The notes below the pieces were generated by a model. It worked only from the letters and a program-made list of their open reading frames with translations, was not told where the DNA came from and did not search any database. Positions 36,960-47,118 of a stretch of DNA of 64,000 bases are shown here, piece by piece (within the stretch, counting starts at the first letter, position 1; each line of letters starts with the position of its first letter). The DNA lies in the IMG/VR virus record IMGVR_UViG_3300029288_000152, positions 10,475 through 74,474 of that record, one strand, 5' to 3'. Origin of the DNA: a virus (lineage: Duplodnaviria; Caudoviricetes). Position numbers and translations under genes: made by a program.

Positions 36960-38324
36960 TCACGTGATCACATAACCGATAAAGCCTCGAAGGTTGGTAA
37001 AGGTATCGACCTCCGTGAAGGTCGTGCCATCCGTTGAACGCAGGATAATGCCATCGCTGTCTGGATCGGTGGCTCCGGCTCCATCCGTCTCGGCAATGAC
37101 CAAGTAGACTGCTGAACTGTCAGGCGCAAGGATTCCCTGTCCCAGTAAGTGCTGTGTGCGACTAGCTCCCAGTGTAGCCAATGTATAGACAGTGCTCCAC
37201 GCCGAACCAGTGAATTTCCTCACTGTGATTCGGCTGGCCGTAGCCGCTGAGTCATCATAGCGCAGGGCAAAGAGGTTGGCCCCAAACACCGTCAAGCCTG
37301 AGTAGTGCGAGTAGCCCGCACCCGTGTTCCCCCCGTTGTCACTGACGGTATAGGCTCCTGCCGAGGATCGCACGTAACAGCGGACAGGACTCCCAATCGT
37401 GTCCACCCGGCATCCCACATAGAGCAAGCCCTTATAGCTCGCCATGCTGGAGACCACTTGATTGGCCGTCAAGGTCTCATCATCGGTCCATGAGGTATCC
37501 ACCCCCGGACGGATGTAGTAGACATGGCCAGATTGCGATCCGGCATTGAGATAGGATGTCCCTGCCCAGAGCGAACCGGCATGAGAGGTCAGTGCCCAGA
37601 CCACGCCTCCACTAAACTCCGTGGCCGCCACCGCTGCCGTGTAGCCAATCTGCTTGATGGCTCCCGTGACCGGATCGAACTCAAAGACCCGGCTATTGAG
37701 CAGGGGAGCCGCTCCCCCATCGAGCGTGGAGAAGTAGAGCTTGTTATCGTGCAAGCACATGGCGATGATGGCTTGCGCCGTCGTGGTGGCTCCCACGGCA
37801 ATGTTCTTAGGGGCATAGCCTACAACGGAATCAGTCGTCCCATCCCAGCAATGGATAGTGGGATCTGAGTAGCTCGCCGTGGGGTAGACAACGTAATCAC
37901 TGCCCGCATAGTAGAGCTTGTTCTTGAAGCTCACCATCGCAGCGTTGCTGATCACGCCCGTGGTCTGGTTGCTGGATGCGAACTGCGACTTGACAGGAGC
38001 CGTCGTGTTGCTGGCCCATGTCGTACCATTGGTCGATGTGCGCCACAGGGTGGACTTACCCGTGTCAATGCCAGCATAGAGCGTGACGGTCGGCGTATAG
38101 GCAAAGGGGAGATTGATCGCGCCCTTGACTGTCCCTCCACTCGCAAAGGCGGTCGAGTTCAGCTTGGCTAGTCCATCGCGCTTCCGCAGCGTTCCGGCCT
38201 CACCCAGATCGTCTGCGACGGCATTCTGGGCCTTGGTCAGTTCCTGAGGACTCAGATGGACGGCGCTCTTGACGACGTTGACACCCTTCGTGCCCAAGCC
38301 GTAGAGATCGATTTTCCCGCCCAT
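36960..38324 (-). CDS. Beta-propeller tail protein
   Basis: GVN..ELTKAQNA..G.LRKRDG N-terminus; repeated S/H-x-x-x-L-Y blades. Confidence 0.7.
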   Translation of the reverse strand: MGGKIDLYGLGTKGVNVVKSAVHLSPQELTKAQNAVADDLGEAGTLRKRDGLAKLNSTAFASGGTVKGAINLPFAYTPTVTLYAGIDTGKSTLWRTSTNGTTWASNTTAPVKSQFASSNQTTGVISNAAMVSFKNKLYYAGSDYVVYPTASYSDPTIHCWDGTTDSVVGYAPKNIAVGATTTAQAIIAMCLHDNKLYFSTLDGGAAPLLNSRVFEFDPVTGAIKQIGYTAAVAATEFSGGVVWALTSHAGSLWAGTSYLNAGSQSGHVYYIRPGVDTSWTDDETLTANQVVSSMASYKGLLYVGCRVDTIGSPVRCYVRSSAGAYTVSDNGGNTGAGYSHYSGLTVFGANLFALRYDDSAATASRITVRKFTGSAWSTVYTLATLGASRTQHLLGQGILAPDSSAVYLVIAETDGAGATDPDSDGIILRSTDGTTFTEVDTFTNLRGFIGYVIT

Positions 38325-38325
38325 A

Positions 38326-38604
38326 TCAATGGACCTTGGTGCCAAACTCCATGAGCAGATCCGTCAGGGCCTTCCCCACCTGCTCGCGATTGAAGTCCCG
38401 ATCCTCCGCGTTTTCCATGCTGTACATGACCATGAGGGTATGGCGTAGCAGCGTAAAGAGGGCTGATAGAACCTCCGCAGGCGTCGTCACATCCGGGATG
38501 GCCGCATGCTCCAATGCGGAGTGCATGGCCTTGACCAGAGACGTGATCATGAATGGATCGGCGGACATCCGCACATCGTCAAGGGGCTGCTGATTGACTT
38601 GCAT
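38326..38604 (-). CDS. Hypothetical protein
   Basis: 92 aa; coupled to upstream stop. Confidence 0.65.
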   Translation of the reverse strand: MQVNQQPLDDVRMSADPFMITSLVKAMHSALEHAAIPDVTTPAEVLSALFTLLRHTLMVMYSMENAEDRDFNREQVGKALTDLLMEFGTKVH

Positions 38605-39311
38605 CACCAATACCTCTGAAAGAAGGCATCGACCACAGCGGGTTCCTGATACTGCCTCAGTCCCAGCGATTGCAGGAGATGGGTCTTCTCCGTAGCGTAG
38701 ATCGATAACCACGATGGATCGGGCGCACGATCCTCCCGCTCCTTGGCCCGCGCAAACGCGACCGTCCACGCGACCAGCGCATTGTCCGCTTCGCCAGGGA
38801 TAGGCACAGTGCTGGTACTCTCCAGATCACCCAAAGACGGCACGTAGTAGAACGTGACATTCACATTACTGGTCGTTGCCGGAGCGGTGTAGATGATGGG
38901 AGCCGAGACGGGAGCGCCTTGTGATGCTACGGCGTAGTAGATGACTTCGTTGGACGGATCAATGGCATCCCGCGAGCGGGCCATCTGGAACGTCTCATGG
39001 TTGAATTCCAGCGGGGTGAAGATGAGTCCCACGTTGGCACTGGTGGAGGATGTGTCACGCGCCTCTAGGAGATAGACCTTGTGGACATCCGCAGGCACCC
39101 CAGACAACTGGTAGGCTCCCGCCACGAGGAAGACATCCGTATCGTTGACCTTCAGGTAGTGTTCTCCCTTCAAGTCCGCGATATCCCGCCAGAGATCCCG
39201 GATGCCTGCCGTGATGATCCCGACCAGCTCGGCAGAGGTCCAGAAACTGGCAGTCGTCTCCCCTAAGCGGAGGCGAGAAAGGGTTTCAATCGTTGAAACT
39301 AGCGTTGACAT
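38604..39311 (-). CDS. Head-tail adaptor (P22 gp4-like)
   Basis: RLRLGE..FWT..EL; position between capsid and tail genes. Confidence 0.6.
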   Translation of the reverse strand: MSTLVSTIETLSRLRLGETTASFWTSAELVGIITAGIRDLWRDIADLKGEHYLKVNDTDVFLVAGAYQLSGVPADVHKVYLLEARDTSSTSANVGLIFTPLEFNHETFQMARSRDAIDPSNEVIYYAVASQGAPVSAPIIYTAPATTSNVNVTFYYVPSLGDLESTSTVPIPGEADNALVAWTVAFARAKEREDRAPDPSWLSIYATEKTHLLQSLGLRQYQEPAVVDAFFQRYW

Positions 39312-39321
39312 GTATCCACCA

Positions 39322-39465
39322 CTATTCTGTGGTATAGATCAGGGTATAAGTACAGTTCTCCACCACCGCAATCCACGCCAACGTGCCCTTGTTCTCGACC
39401 ATGGCGTTCAAGGCCGTTTCCAAGTCAGCAGGAGAATTGATGAGCGGGATCACATGATATTTCAT
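39322..39465 (-). CDS. 47-aa hypothetical protein
   Basis: AGGAG SD; fills the intergenic gap. Confidence 0.55.
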   Translation of the reverse strand: MKYHVIPLINSPADLETALNAMVENKGTLAWIAVVENCTYTLIYTTE

Positions 39466-39474
39466 GATTGACTC

Positions 39475-39909
39475 CTAACCCAGGTACTCGCCCCCAATGG
39501 AAAAGTCCATGGTGGCCGTCGCGACCGTGGCAATGACTCGCCACATCGCAGCCAGCGGTGCCGCTACATCCACGTTAGCCGTTTCCGTAATGCTAGGATA
39601 GATGGTCAGAGTTGTCGTGCCAGTGGCTGCAATGGCTGCAGTCGTGGCATTCGGAATATCTACCCAGTTGAGCGATGCAGGATCTTGGGCTTGCACTTTG
39701 ACAGTCAAGGTGCCATTGGTGTGCCTATCCGTGACATCAATGAAGAGCCGAACACCGCTGGCAGCAGAGTTCGCATAGGCGACACCCGTAAACACCCCGC
39801 TATCCGTTGTGTTCAAACGCGAGGCTGCCGGAAAGATGATCCCGGCCCGTTGAGCGCCTGTCGTCGCCGTAAGAGGCCCCGCTTGAGGAACAGGCCAGGC
39901 TTGTGCCAT
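39475..39909 (-). CDS. Beta-rich virion structural protein
   Basis: 144 aa, T/A/V-rich. Confidence 0.65.
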   Translation of the reverse strand: MAQAWPVPQAGPLTATTGAQRAGIIFPAASRLNTTDSGVFTGVAYANSAASGVRLFIDVTDRHTNGTLTVKVQAQDPASLNWVDIPNATTAAIAATGTTTLTIYPSITETANVDVAAPLAAMWRVIATVATATMDFSIGGEYLG

Positions 39910-39981
39910 GAGTCAGTCCTTTTGAAAGTAGTCAGAACAGAGAGGTCCCCTCTAGGAGAGGACCCCTACTTAGATGCCCGG

Positions 39982-40611
39982 TTAGCCTTCGAGGAAGTCG
40001 AACTGGAACTCGAACTGATAACCAGCCGACTGCGAAGCCGCCCACTGGTAGATGGCGAACTGCTCGCCAGGGTTGATCACAATCGCCGGGTAGTTGATGC
40101 CAACACTCGACACGCCCGTTGAGAGGGTCGTCAGGTTCGTGATGGGACCAGATGCCGGAGCGCCCCACGAGAAGAGATAGGTGTCCTCAACCACACCGAT
40201 GACGTTCCGATAGCGGGCGTGGCCAACATAGCGCATAGCTGTCGTGGCCGCCGTCAGGGTCGCTGCGCCGAAATGAATCGTCGCACCCGATGTCCCAACT
40301 GACAGATTCGTGGCCACGGCGGTAATTTCCGATCCACCTGAAGCATACCGCGTCGGGCCTTTGTCCAGTTCCTGGGTAAAGGCGACCGTCACCGCTGCCG
40401 TGCCTGCATTCTCCAGCTTGAGCCGCAGACCAATAGGTGCAATCACTTTCGATCCCCCATTATAGAGATGGAGGAGGGCCTTCGTCTTGTCCAGGGTCGT
40501 GGCTGCCGCATGGCCCACAATCGCGGTGCCTGGAGTCGTGTTGATACAGGTATAGACATTGCCCGCGACGGCAAGGCCATATTCCCGACCACCCACATTG
40601 ATAATTGCCAT
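39982..40611 (-). CDS. Beta-rich virion structural protein
   Basis: 209 aa. Confidence 0.65.
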   Translation of the reverse strand: MAIINVGGREYGLAVAGNVYTCINTTPGTAIVGHAAATTLDKTKALLHLYNGGSKVIAPIGLRLKLENAGTAAVTVAFTQELDKGPTRYASGGSEITAVATNLSVGTSGATIHFGAATLTAATTAMRYVGHARYRNVIGVVEDTYLFSWGAPASGPITNLTTLSTGVSSVGINYPAIVINPGEQFAIYQWAASQSAGYQFEFQFDFLEG

Positions 40612-40674
40612 TGTTTGGGGTACCTTTCAGAAAGGAGTGGGACAGCCCCAGCCGTCCCACCCATGTTAGAGTCT

Positions 40675-41040
40675 CTAGCCGACTTCGATGAATTTGTCAA
40701 GGGCCAAGAGGACGCTGGGTTCAATGGAGAACCCATCCCCCGGCAGCTTGATGATATCACTGTCTAGCTCAACTTCCTGTCCCATGAGTTCATTGAGGTC
40801 TGCGAGGAATGGTCCCATGTTCTTGGAGCCAGGTTGAATCTGGATGTTCTCACCCTTCTCGTCTGGTTCGCCATACTGTTTGACCAGTCCCTGTCGAACC
40901 TCCTCAATGATGGTCAGTTGGTCGTTGAGCTTCCGTGCCAATCGTGCCAACCAGTAGCTCACCTTGACGGGCAGGCGTTCCTTCATGAGCGTCTGGAGCG
41001 CCTCACGAGCGTTGAAGATGTCTCCGTTCGTCACTTTCAT
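40675..41040 (-). CDS. Conserved phage protein (DUF1617-like)
   Basis: LPVKVSYWLAR..L..LVKQYGE.DE.G. Confidence 0.7.
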   Translation of the reverse strand: MKVTNGDIFNAREALQTLMKERLPVKVSYWLARLARKLNDQLTIIEEVRQGLVKQYGEPDEKGENIQIQPGSKNMGPFLADLNELMGQEVELDSDIIKLPGDGFSIEPSVLLALDKFIEVG

Positions 41041-41059
41041 GCGAGTCTCCGATACGAGA

Positions 41060-41080
41060 GGGAGGGGCGGAACCCCTCCC
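41060..41080 (-). terminator. GC-rich intergenic hairpin
   Basis: GGGAGGGG-N5-CCCCTCCC; weak U tail. Confidence 0.4.
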
Positions 41081-41095
41081 CACAGTTACGCTAAA

Positions 41096-42184
41096 TTAGG
41101 TTCGGAACACGTCACCCGAATCACCCGTGGCATCCGATGCCGGTTCGCCGTAGTTTCCAGCCATTCGTACCGTGGTCGGAACAATACACGCATCCCCAGC
41201 CGCACCAAAGGTCTTGGCATTCGTGCCCTGACTGATACACGCAAAGACGTTGTTGGAGATCACCCCAGCCGTCCCTGCACCCAGTGAGATATACCGGGCC
41301 GCAGTGGGGGAGGTCGCATAGGCAGGCACATCAACGGTCCCAAACACGTTTCCGTCGATCACCAGTCCAAGAACCCCATCAGCCGCCACATAGATATCCG
41401 CATCTACGGTCGTGTTGACCGCCGAGTAGAACCGATTGCCCAGGATCTTCAGATCGCGGGGAACACTGATACTCGTCGAGAGCATCCCAATCCCACAGCG
41501 GCAATCGAAGAAGTCATTGTTGGCAATCGTGACATACCAACAAGATCCCGCAGACCAGTAGATCGCCCCACCGGTGTTGGCTGCCGCAGTACTCTTGCAG
41601 TTCTTGAAGTGACAACCGGAGATAATGGCTCCCCCAGCATCCTTCGCGGACCCATCAGCCAGCAACTTGATCCCACCACCAGTCGCCCCAGCCCCGTTGA
41701 TCGTAAAGTTATCAATCAACACGCCCGGCGCTTCAATGGTAATGAGTGGGTTGGTGGTTGTGGTGCCCTTACGAATGCAGGGCTGACCCATCTGCGACGT
41801 GCCATTCCCCACACCCACAAGCCGAAGACCGTCCAACCCGGCGGTAATCGTAATGTCGCCCAAGTAGCCGGGAGGATCATCCGCCGTGCCCGCCGCAACC
41901 CCAGCCGTATCAATGTCTCTGGCACGAACTAGGATGGTATCCCCATGAGCCGCTGCCGCTACCGCGAGCTGAATGGTTGAGTAGGGCAGACGGGTATCCG
42001 TCGCGCTGCCGTGGTCATAATCCACGAGCAGGGTATTCCCAAACGCAGGAGCATTCGAAATGGCGGACACATTTCCGCCAAGGTTCATATAGACCTTGCC
42101 CCCGTAAATGCCAATCCCACCAGCGGTCGGCAGATTCAACAGGTCTGCCAGTGCCGCTACTTTCTGGATATATCGTGTTGCCAT
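41096..42184 (-). CDS. Right-handed beta-helix (pectate-lyase-like) virion protein
   Basis: Repeated I.[DN]N.F / GCHF strands. Confidence 0.75.
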   Translation of the reverse strand: MATRYIQKVAALADLLNLPTAGGIGIYGGKVYMNLGGNVSAISNAPAFGNTLLVDYDHGSATDTRLPYSTIQLAVAAAAHGDTILVRARDIDTAGVAAGTADDPPGYLGDITITAGLDGLRLVGVGNGTSQMGQPCIRKGTTTTNPLITIEAPGVLIDNFTINGAGATGGGIKLLADGSAKDAGGAIISGCHFKNCKSTAAANTGGAIYWSAGSCWYVTIANNDFFDCRCGIGMLSTSISVPRDLKILGNRFYSAVNTTVDADIYVAADGVLGLVIDGNVFGTVDVPAYATSPTAARYISLGAGTAGVISNNVFACISQGTNAKTFGAAGDACIVPTTVRMAGNYGEPASDATGDSGDVFRT

Positions 42185-42241
42185 TGTTCGGGATTCCTTT
42201 CAAAAGAGAGGAGCGGAGTCCCGGCCCCGCCCCTCTTGAGG

Positions 42242-42604
42242 TTAACTAACCGTGATGCCGTACTGCCCAACCATGTACCATTTCCCCTGATAGGCTCGAA
42301 GGGTCACATTGGCAGCCACGACAGCGAGGAACGTCAAGGTCGTGTAGCCTGCCCCAGACCCACCCAGTCCATTGGTAATGGTAATGGTGTTCGCCTGCGC
42401 CTCACCGTTCTTGACCCAGATCACCCGACCGTCATCGGTGTTGGATGTCGGATCGGCAAGGGTCGCCGCATCTGCGGCACCAGATCGCGCCAAGACATGC
42501 ACATCGCCACGAGAGATGACAATGGCATCTGTCGCCCCTGTGTAGGTCTGGACAGGTGGAAGCGGCAGTTTCCGAGGTCGAACGTAACTATTGGTTGTGC
42601 TCAT
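42242..42604 (-). CDS. Head decoration/fibre-like protein
   Basis: 120 aa; follows capsid cluster. Confidence 0.6.
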   Translation of the reverse strand: MSTTNSYVRPRKLPLPPVQTYTGATDAIVISRGDVHVLARSGAADAATLADPTSNTDDGRVIWVKNGEAQANTITITNGLGGSGAGYTTLTFLAVVAANVTLRAYQGKWYMVGQYGITVS

Positions 42605-42616
42605 ACATCACCACCC

Positions 42617-43090
42617 TTACGTGGCGTGGATGACAAAGCCGCTGCAGCAGTCGATCAACAGGGAGTTCGTTGCACCAGTCGCGGCGGTGTTCTGCGAGAT
42701 GGTGAGACCCGCACTCAGGCTATGACCATTCGGGAACAGCCAGAGGTTTTCCTCCAGAGCCGTGCTGATCTTGTAGCCGAAGTCCTGCGTGCCATCCGTC
42801 GTGCCCGTGGTCGCATGGTTGGTCATCTTGAAGTAGTTGGCTGTCGAGCCAGTCCCCTTCTTGATGTAGACAGCATAGAGCGTGGTCGCCGCTGCCGCCA
42901 TGACCTGATTGTCCGAGTTCGTCCCGTCCGACGCGTTGGCGTACGGATCGATGTTAATGTAGGTCAGATCGGGATTGCCCTTGTTCGCCGCCAGATGCAG
43001 AAACAAGGCCTTGAGCGCATAGTAGACCCCAGGATTCCGTGTGGCCATCCGGGTCTTCTGTCGGACGAGATTCGCGTTTTCATTCGCCAT
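42617..43090 (-). CDS. Virion-associated hypothetical protein
   Basis: 157 aa. Confidence 0.65.
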   Translation of the reverse strand: MANENANLVRQKTRMATRNPGVYYALKALFLHLAANKGNPDLTYINIDPYANASDGTNSDNQVMAAAATTLYAVYIKKGTGSTANYFKMTNHATTGTTDGTQDFGYKISTALEENLWLFPNGHSLSAGLTISQNTAATGATNSLLIDCCSGFVIHAT

Positions 43091-43116
43091 GATACATGTC
43101 TCGATAGATAGGGATC

Positions 43117-43704
43117 CTAGTACGCCCCTACTATCAGTCCTGTCCTGCTTGTTGAGGAATCAGGAGGTTGTCGAAGTGTACGCCGGTCAACCATCGGCGG
43201 TGGCCCTGGTTTGGGCCGGATCCAAGCAGATTGCTTGGTCGAGTCGATGAATCGTCGCGCTCCCGTCTTGGACTGGTAGAGTTTCCACCCGTCCTTGGAG
43301 CGCTCCGTGAGTTGATCATCAATCGCGGCCTGCACCTGGGCATCCTGACGGATGTCCTGATCTTCAATGGCCTTGATGACTTTTTCAGCCCCTCCGAGCC
43401 GCCACGGAGCGCGATTCCCCAACTCATGGAACATCCAATCGCTCCACTGCGCCGTGGCCAAGATGGTCGTAACGGGCACCAGACTGTACCCCGCCAGCAT
43501 GCGCGTATCCGATTCCTTGAACAAGGCATCGTTGACGATATGCATCGGGAGATTCATCCTGCGCCGCTGGGCCAGCCGATAGTAGCAGCCCTGTCGAGAT
43601 GGCACGACCACCAAGGAGTGGTCAAAATCCCACAACATCCGCAGCCACCACGCCGGAGGTCCCGCGAGATGGAAGGGATTTTCGTCTGGGATATAATTGA
43701 TCAT
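43117..43704 (-). CDS. Hypothetical protein
   Basis: 195 aa. Confidence 0.75.
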   Translation of the reverse strand: MINYIPDENPFHLAGPPAWWLRMLWDFDHSLVVVPSRQGCYYRLAQRRRMNLPMHIVNDALFKESDTRMLAGYSLVPVTTILATAQWSDWMFHELGNRAPWRLGGAEKVIKAIEDQDIRQDAQVQAAIDDQLTERSKDGWKLYQSKTGARRFIDSTKQSAWIRPKPGPPPMVDRRTLRQPPDSSTSRTGLIVGAY

Positions 43705-43706
43705 GA

Positions 43707-44072
43707 TTACGCCTTGACAAACGATCCATCAAGCGGGAGGGATGCATGCTTTTCCTCCGCATACAACCCCGCCCGTCCGGGGACGACCTCTGTGGGGCGC
43801 TGATTTGGCAGGCTCCGCCGGTTCCAGCGTTCGATGCTGTCCGACTGCTCGATGGGCGAGCAATCGTCTCCCCACTCCTCCACGCCAATCAAGGAGACGA
43901 CACTGAGTGTGCGTGGATCTTCACTCCCCATCAGCACATTCTGGCGCTTGGCGGCTTCTGCCACCGTCGCAATCAAGGCGATAGGCTTGCCCACGGGAAT
44001 CGTGGTGCGCTTGCCATCCCAACACACTTCGAGGTCTTTCTGCGTCCGATTCCGAACGGTGACTAGCTCCAT
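43707..44072 (-). CDS. Hypothetical protein
   Basis: 121 aa; AAGGA SD. Confidence 0.75.
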   Translation of the reverse strand: MELVTVRNRTQKDLEVCWDGKRTTIPVGKPIALIATVAEAAKRQNVLMGSEDPRTLSVVSLIGVEEWGDDCSPIEQSDSIERWNRRSLPNQRPTEVVPGRAGLYAEEKHASLPLDGSFVKA

Positions 44073-44141
44073 ACCATTCCTTTGATGAAGTGGAGGATCA
44101 GCCTAGGACTGACCCTCCACAAGACTATCACGCTACTGGGT

Positions 44142-45446
44142 TTACGACCCCGCCGCTCTCTGGACCACGAGCGCCTGCCCGGTGATCCCGTCAAGTCTCG
44201 CACAGTAGGCCGGGTATTCGAGGAAGTACTGCTTCCTCACGCGATACCATGCCTCGAACGAGTCTCGGGCGGTCGTACTGGTTCCGATTCGCGTCAGGAT
44301 CGAGCCATCCTCATCCGCCCACTTGCCCGGCTCGGAGACGTACTCCTTGAACCCGGCATTGGTCAGATCGAGGAACATCATGACATCCAGCGGGAAGTCA
44401 CGAATGGCTCGAACAGGCACATCCCCGAATGGGACATCCCCCTGCTTGAACGCCGCCGTGCCCGCATCGGGCCGCAACAGCGATGCGCCCATATACCGAC
44501 GGTCAGCGTCCGTCAGCTGAACGACCAGCCGACGGGTGCTGTGATGGGCGAGGATCATGTTGATCTTCCCACCCAGCTTCTGATCCACCACGTCCGAGAC
44601 GCGCTGGATGAGGTCCGTCGAGAGGGCACCCGTGGAGGCGGTCACGTACGAACTATAAGCCGGGACAGCGGTTCTGTCCACGCCAAAGTAGTTCGTCCGA
44701 TAGGTCCCGTCATCCACAAGGGCCATCAGGCCCCACCACGCGTGTTCGTACGAGGTATCGAGAATATCCGTCACGCTGGAGTTCGCCGCCTGCACGATGT
44801 AGTCACTATTCGCCCACAGGGTCAGAGTGGACGAATCGAGGGTCATCGTGTTGCCTGCCGCTGCCACCGACATGATCTTGCGGATCGACGTGCGAAGGTT
44901 GCCCGTCGCCGGATCGACTGCCGCAATATACATGCCAGGGGAGAGGAAGCGGTTGCCGAAGTTGTCGTTGGTGATCCCGCCCGGCGCATCCACGTCTACC
45001 GTGGTGCCCGAGGGAGACTCATCCACAAGACAGAGGACGCCACGCCCATCGGAGCTGAGTGCGTACTCATCCCGGCGAGCGATGTCATCAATGAGGTACT
45101 GCATCTCGCTCTTGCGAGCTGAGACGAACGCACCCTCACTGGAAGTCGAATCGACCATGACTTCCCAGGTCAGCCGAAGACGCGCCATCAGCTTGCGCTG
45201 ATCGACGAAGAGCTTGGAATAGGTCTGATTGCCTGCATCGGCAAAGGCGCTATCCTCACCCACGAACATGGGAGATACGTTCCTCCCGGTATGTGAGACC
45301 TTCTGGATCTCGCGGCCCTTGAAGGGGGATGATTCCGTCTTGATCACATCCCGCAAGGGGTTCTTGTTATTGACTCCATCCGCGATGCCGTCTTCCATCA
45401 CATCTTTGAAGATGGCATCTAGAGCCTGTTTGTCTGCACCAGCCAT
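44142..45446 (-). CDS. Major capsid protein (HK97 fold, P22-like)
   Basis: 434 aa after scaffold gene; typical size and composition. Confidence 0.85.
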   Translation of the reverse strand: MAGADKQALDAIFKDVMEDGIADGVNNKNPLRDVIKTESSPFKGREIQKVSHTGRNVSPMFVGEDSAFADAGNQTYSKLFVDQRKLMARLRLTWEVMVDSTSSEGAFVSARKSEMQYLIDDIARRDEYALSSDGRGVLCLVDESPSGTTVDVDAPGGITNDNFGNRFLSPGMYIAAVDPATGNLRTSIRKIMSVAAAGNTMTLDSSTLTLWANSDYIVQAANSSVTDILDTSYEHAWWGLMALVDDGTYRTNYFGVDRTAVPAYSSYVTASTGALSTDLIQRVSDVVDQKLGGKINMILAHHSTRRLVVQLTDADRRYMGASLLRPDAGTAAFKQGDVPFGDVPVRAIRDFPLDVMMFLDLTNAGFKEYVSEPGKWADEDGSILTRIGTSTTARDSFEAWYRVRKQYFLEYPAYCARLDGITGQALVVQRAAGS

Positions 45447-45479
45447 ACTGCGTTACCTACGAAACCGCCAAGCCATCCC

Positions 45480-46310
45480 TTACCGCTTGGCAGTGGATTG
45501 ATACTGTGCCCAGCCTAGTTCGGCTCGGTCATCAAGGTTTGCCGGTTTGGGCGGAGCCGACATGCTCGGCAACCCACTGGATGTATCCCGTGGGAGGGCC
45601 TGCTGTGTTCGCGCATCCACCGTCGCTGACGCGGCTCGACGAGCCGGGTCGATAAAGCCGGACGTGAGACGCTGCCAGAATTCATCCACAATGGTCGGAT
45701 CATTGGCATACCGTGCCGTCCGCTCTGGCGAAGCCGAGACGTAACCCACAAAGGCCTGATGAAGCGTCTCCTTGCCTTCTTGGGTGAGGGGAGCCCCAAG
45801 AGACGTAGACGCATGTTCAAACAAGCGCGTCATGGCATTCCGTCCATACTCCTGCCAGTGATGGGTGGTGACGGATTCCAAATCTCCGGCCCGGTCGATG
45901 ATGCCCAAGAGGTCGTTGGCCCGTTCCTCCAGTCGAGACAGCCCTGGATAGAGCTGACTAAACTGGCCACGAACGGCATCGATCTCCGGGTTCTCCGGGG
46001 GCGTCACGCCAACGAGGCGCTGGATCTGTCCCTGTACCTGAGCGAGTCGAGCCTGATACTCCGCTTCCTTGGCCGCCCACTGCTGAGCCGCCTCACGAGC
46101 CGCTTGCTCGCGGGTTTCCCGGAGTCGGTACGGGGGAACCCAGGTAGACCGATCATCGCTGACCCCACTTGTCGGCTGGGTTGCCGGTTGTGCAGTTGCT
46201 ATCGCAGGCTGCGCTGCGGGTGCCGATGGTGTCGCAATCGGCGGTGCGCTGGATTGTGCGGCAGCTGTCGGGGCCGCTCCCGTGTCTTGCCCGATGCCGA
46301 TGTCTTCCAT
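45480..46310 (-). CDS. Capsid scaffolding protein
   Basis: Disordered N-terminus, VPxxRL motif + coiled coil; directly upstream of capsid gene. Confidence 0.75.
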   Translation of the reverse strand: MEDIGIGQDTGAAPTAAAQSSAPPIATPSAPAAQPAIATAQPATQPTSGVSDDRSTWVPPYRLRETREQAAREAAQQWAAKEAEYQARLAQVQGQIQRLVGVTPPENPEIDAVRGQFSQLYPGLSRLEERANDLLGIIDRAGDLESVTTHHWQEYGRNAMTRLFEHASTSLGAPLTQEGKETLHQAFVGYVSASPERTARYANDPTIVDEFWQRLTSGFIDPARRAASATVDARTQQALPRDTSSGLPSMSAPPKPANLDDRAELGWAQYQSTAKR

Positions 46311-46384
46311 ACTGTCCCTATCCTTTTTGTTGTCGGAGGTCTAGTTCCTCCGTGAGGGGATAACCTAAACGGAAGGTTATCAAG

Positions 46385-46825
46385 TTAATGGATGCCCTGA
46401 GTATCCATTCGTTTCAGGGATTTCAATTCCATAGCAACTTCTCGGCGACGCACCACAAAGTCCGCAGGAATCTTCATCCCTTGCCCGTATGGGATCGCTT
46501 GCTCGGCATCCAAATGTGAGAGCAAGAGATCAGCTTGATCCGCCTTTATAATCAGATAAGGACGAATCATCATGAGAAAAATTTTGGCATGCTTTTTGGA
46601 CCTAAGAGTCCACTCCCAAGCCATACGCCGTGTGCCATCATGCTTCGTACGAACTCGGCCAAATGGTATATGAGCTTGGATCCAAGTAAGTGCCCTAAAA
46701 TCAGTGTTCAACATGCCTACACAGACTGAGTAAGCTCCACAAGTACGACTCAAGTAATAGCCTATCCATCCCTCTCCGTCGAACAGTCCAGCCAAGTAAG
46801 CCTTCTCGACTTCTGTGAGATTCAT
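46385..46825 (-). CDS. Free-standing LAGLIDADG homing endonuclease
   Basis: EKAYLAGLFDGEGWI; IRPYLIIKADQADL. Confidence 0.92.
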   Translation of the reverse strand: MNLTEVEKAYLAGLFDGEGWIGYYLSRTCGAYSVCVGMLNTDFRALTWIQAHIPFGRVRTKHDGTRRMAWEWTLRSKKHAKIFLMMIRPYLIIKADQADLLLSHLDAEQAIPYGQGMKIPADFVVRRREVAMELKSLKRMDTQGIH

Positions 46826-46998
46826 AACCCACGCCACCTAATCTTCTTCCTACGCGAGAAGACTATTGACAAATATGTGGAGCACCCAATCAGGGCTCCA
46901 CACAGCGAAGGACTCGATGTGATGGCATGGTCCAAGGCTTCACAGATCGCGGCGCTGACCACACCCACAAACGCCAAGAGGATGATGATTTGCTGCAT
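46822..46998 (-). CDS. Small membrane protein
   Basis: Two hydrophobic segments, basic tail; ATGA coupling. Confidence 0.5.
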   Translation of the reverse strand: MQQIIILLAFVGVVSAAICEALDHAITSSPSLCGALIGCSTYLSIVFSRRKKIRWRGL

Positions 46999-47118
46999 TA
47001 CGTGGTCTTGCGCCACATGCCAATCAGGGCAAGGATGGCCTTGAGCTTATCCAGCCACGATTGGGCCTTCCCGACGTTCGCATTGATCTTCCCCAGAGGA
47101 TCGTTTGGCATGATCACC

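Noticed and set aside
42011-45122. Long + strand ORFs (42011..43111, 44082..45122 and similar shadows elsewhere)
   Set aside because: Antisense shadows of capsid-region genes in high-GC DNA; no SD or recognisable motifs.
46866-46894. TTGACA on + strand as a promoter
   Set aside because: No acceptable -10 at 16-18 nt.
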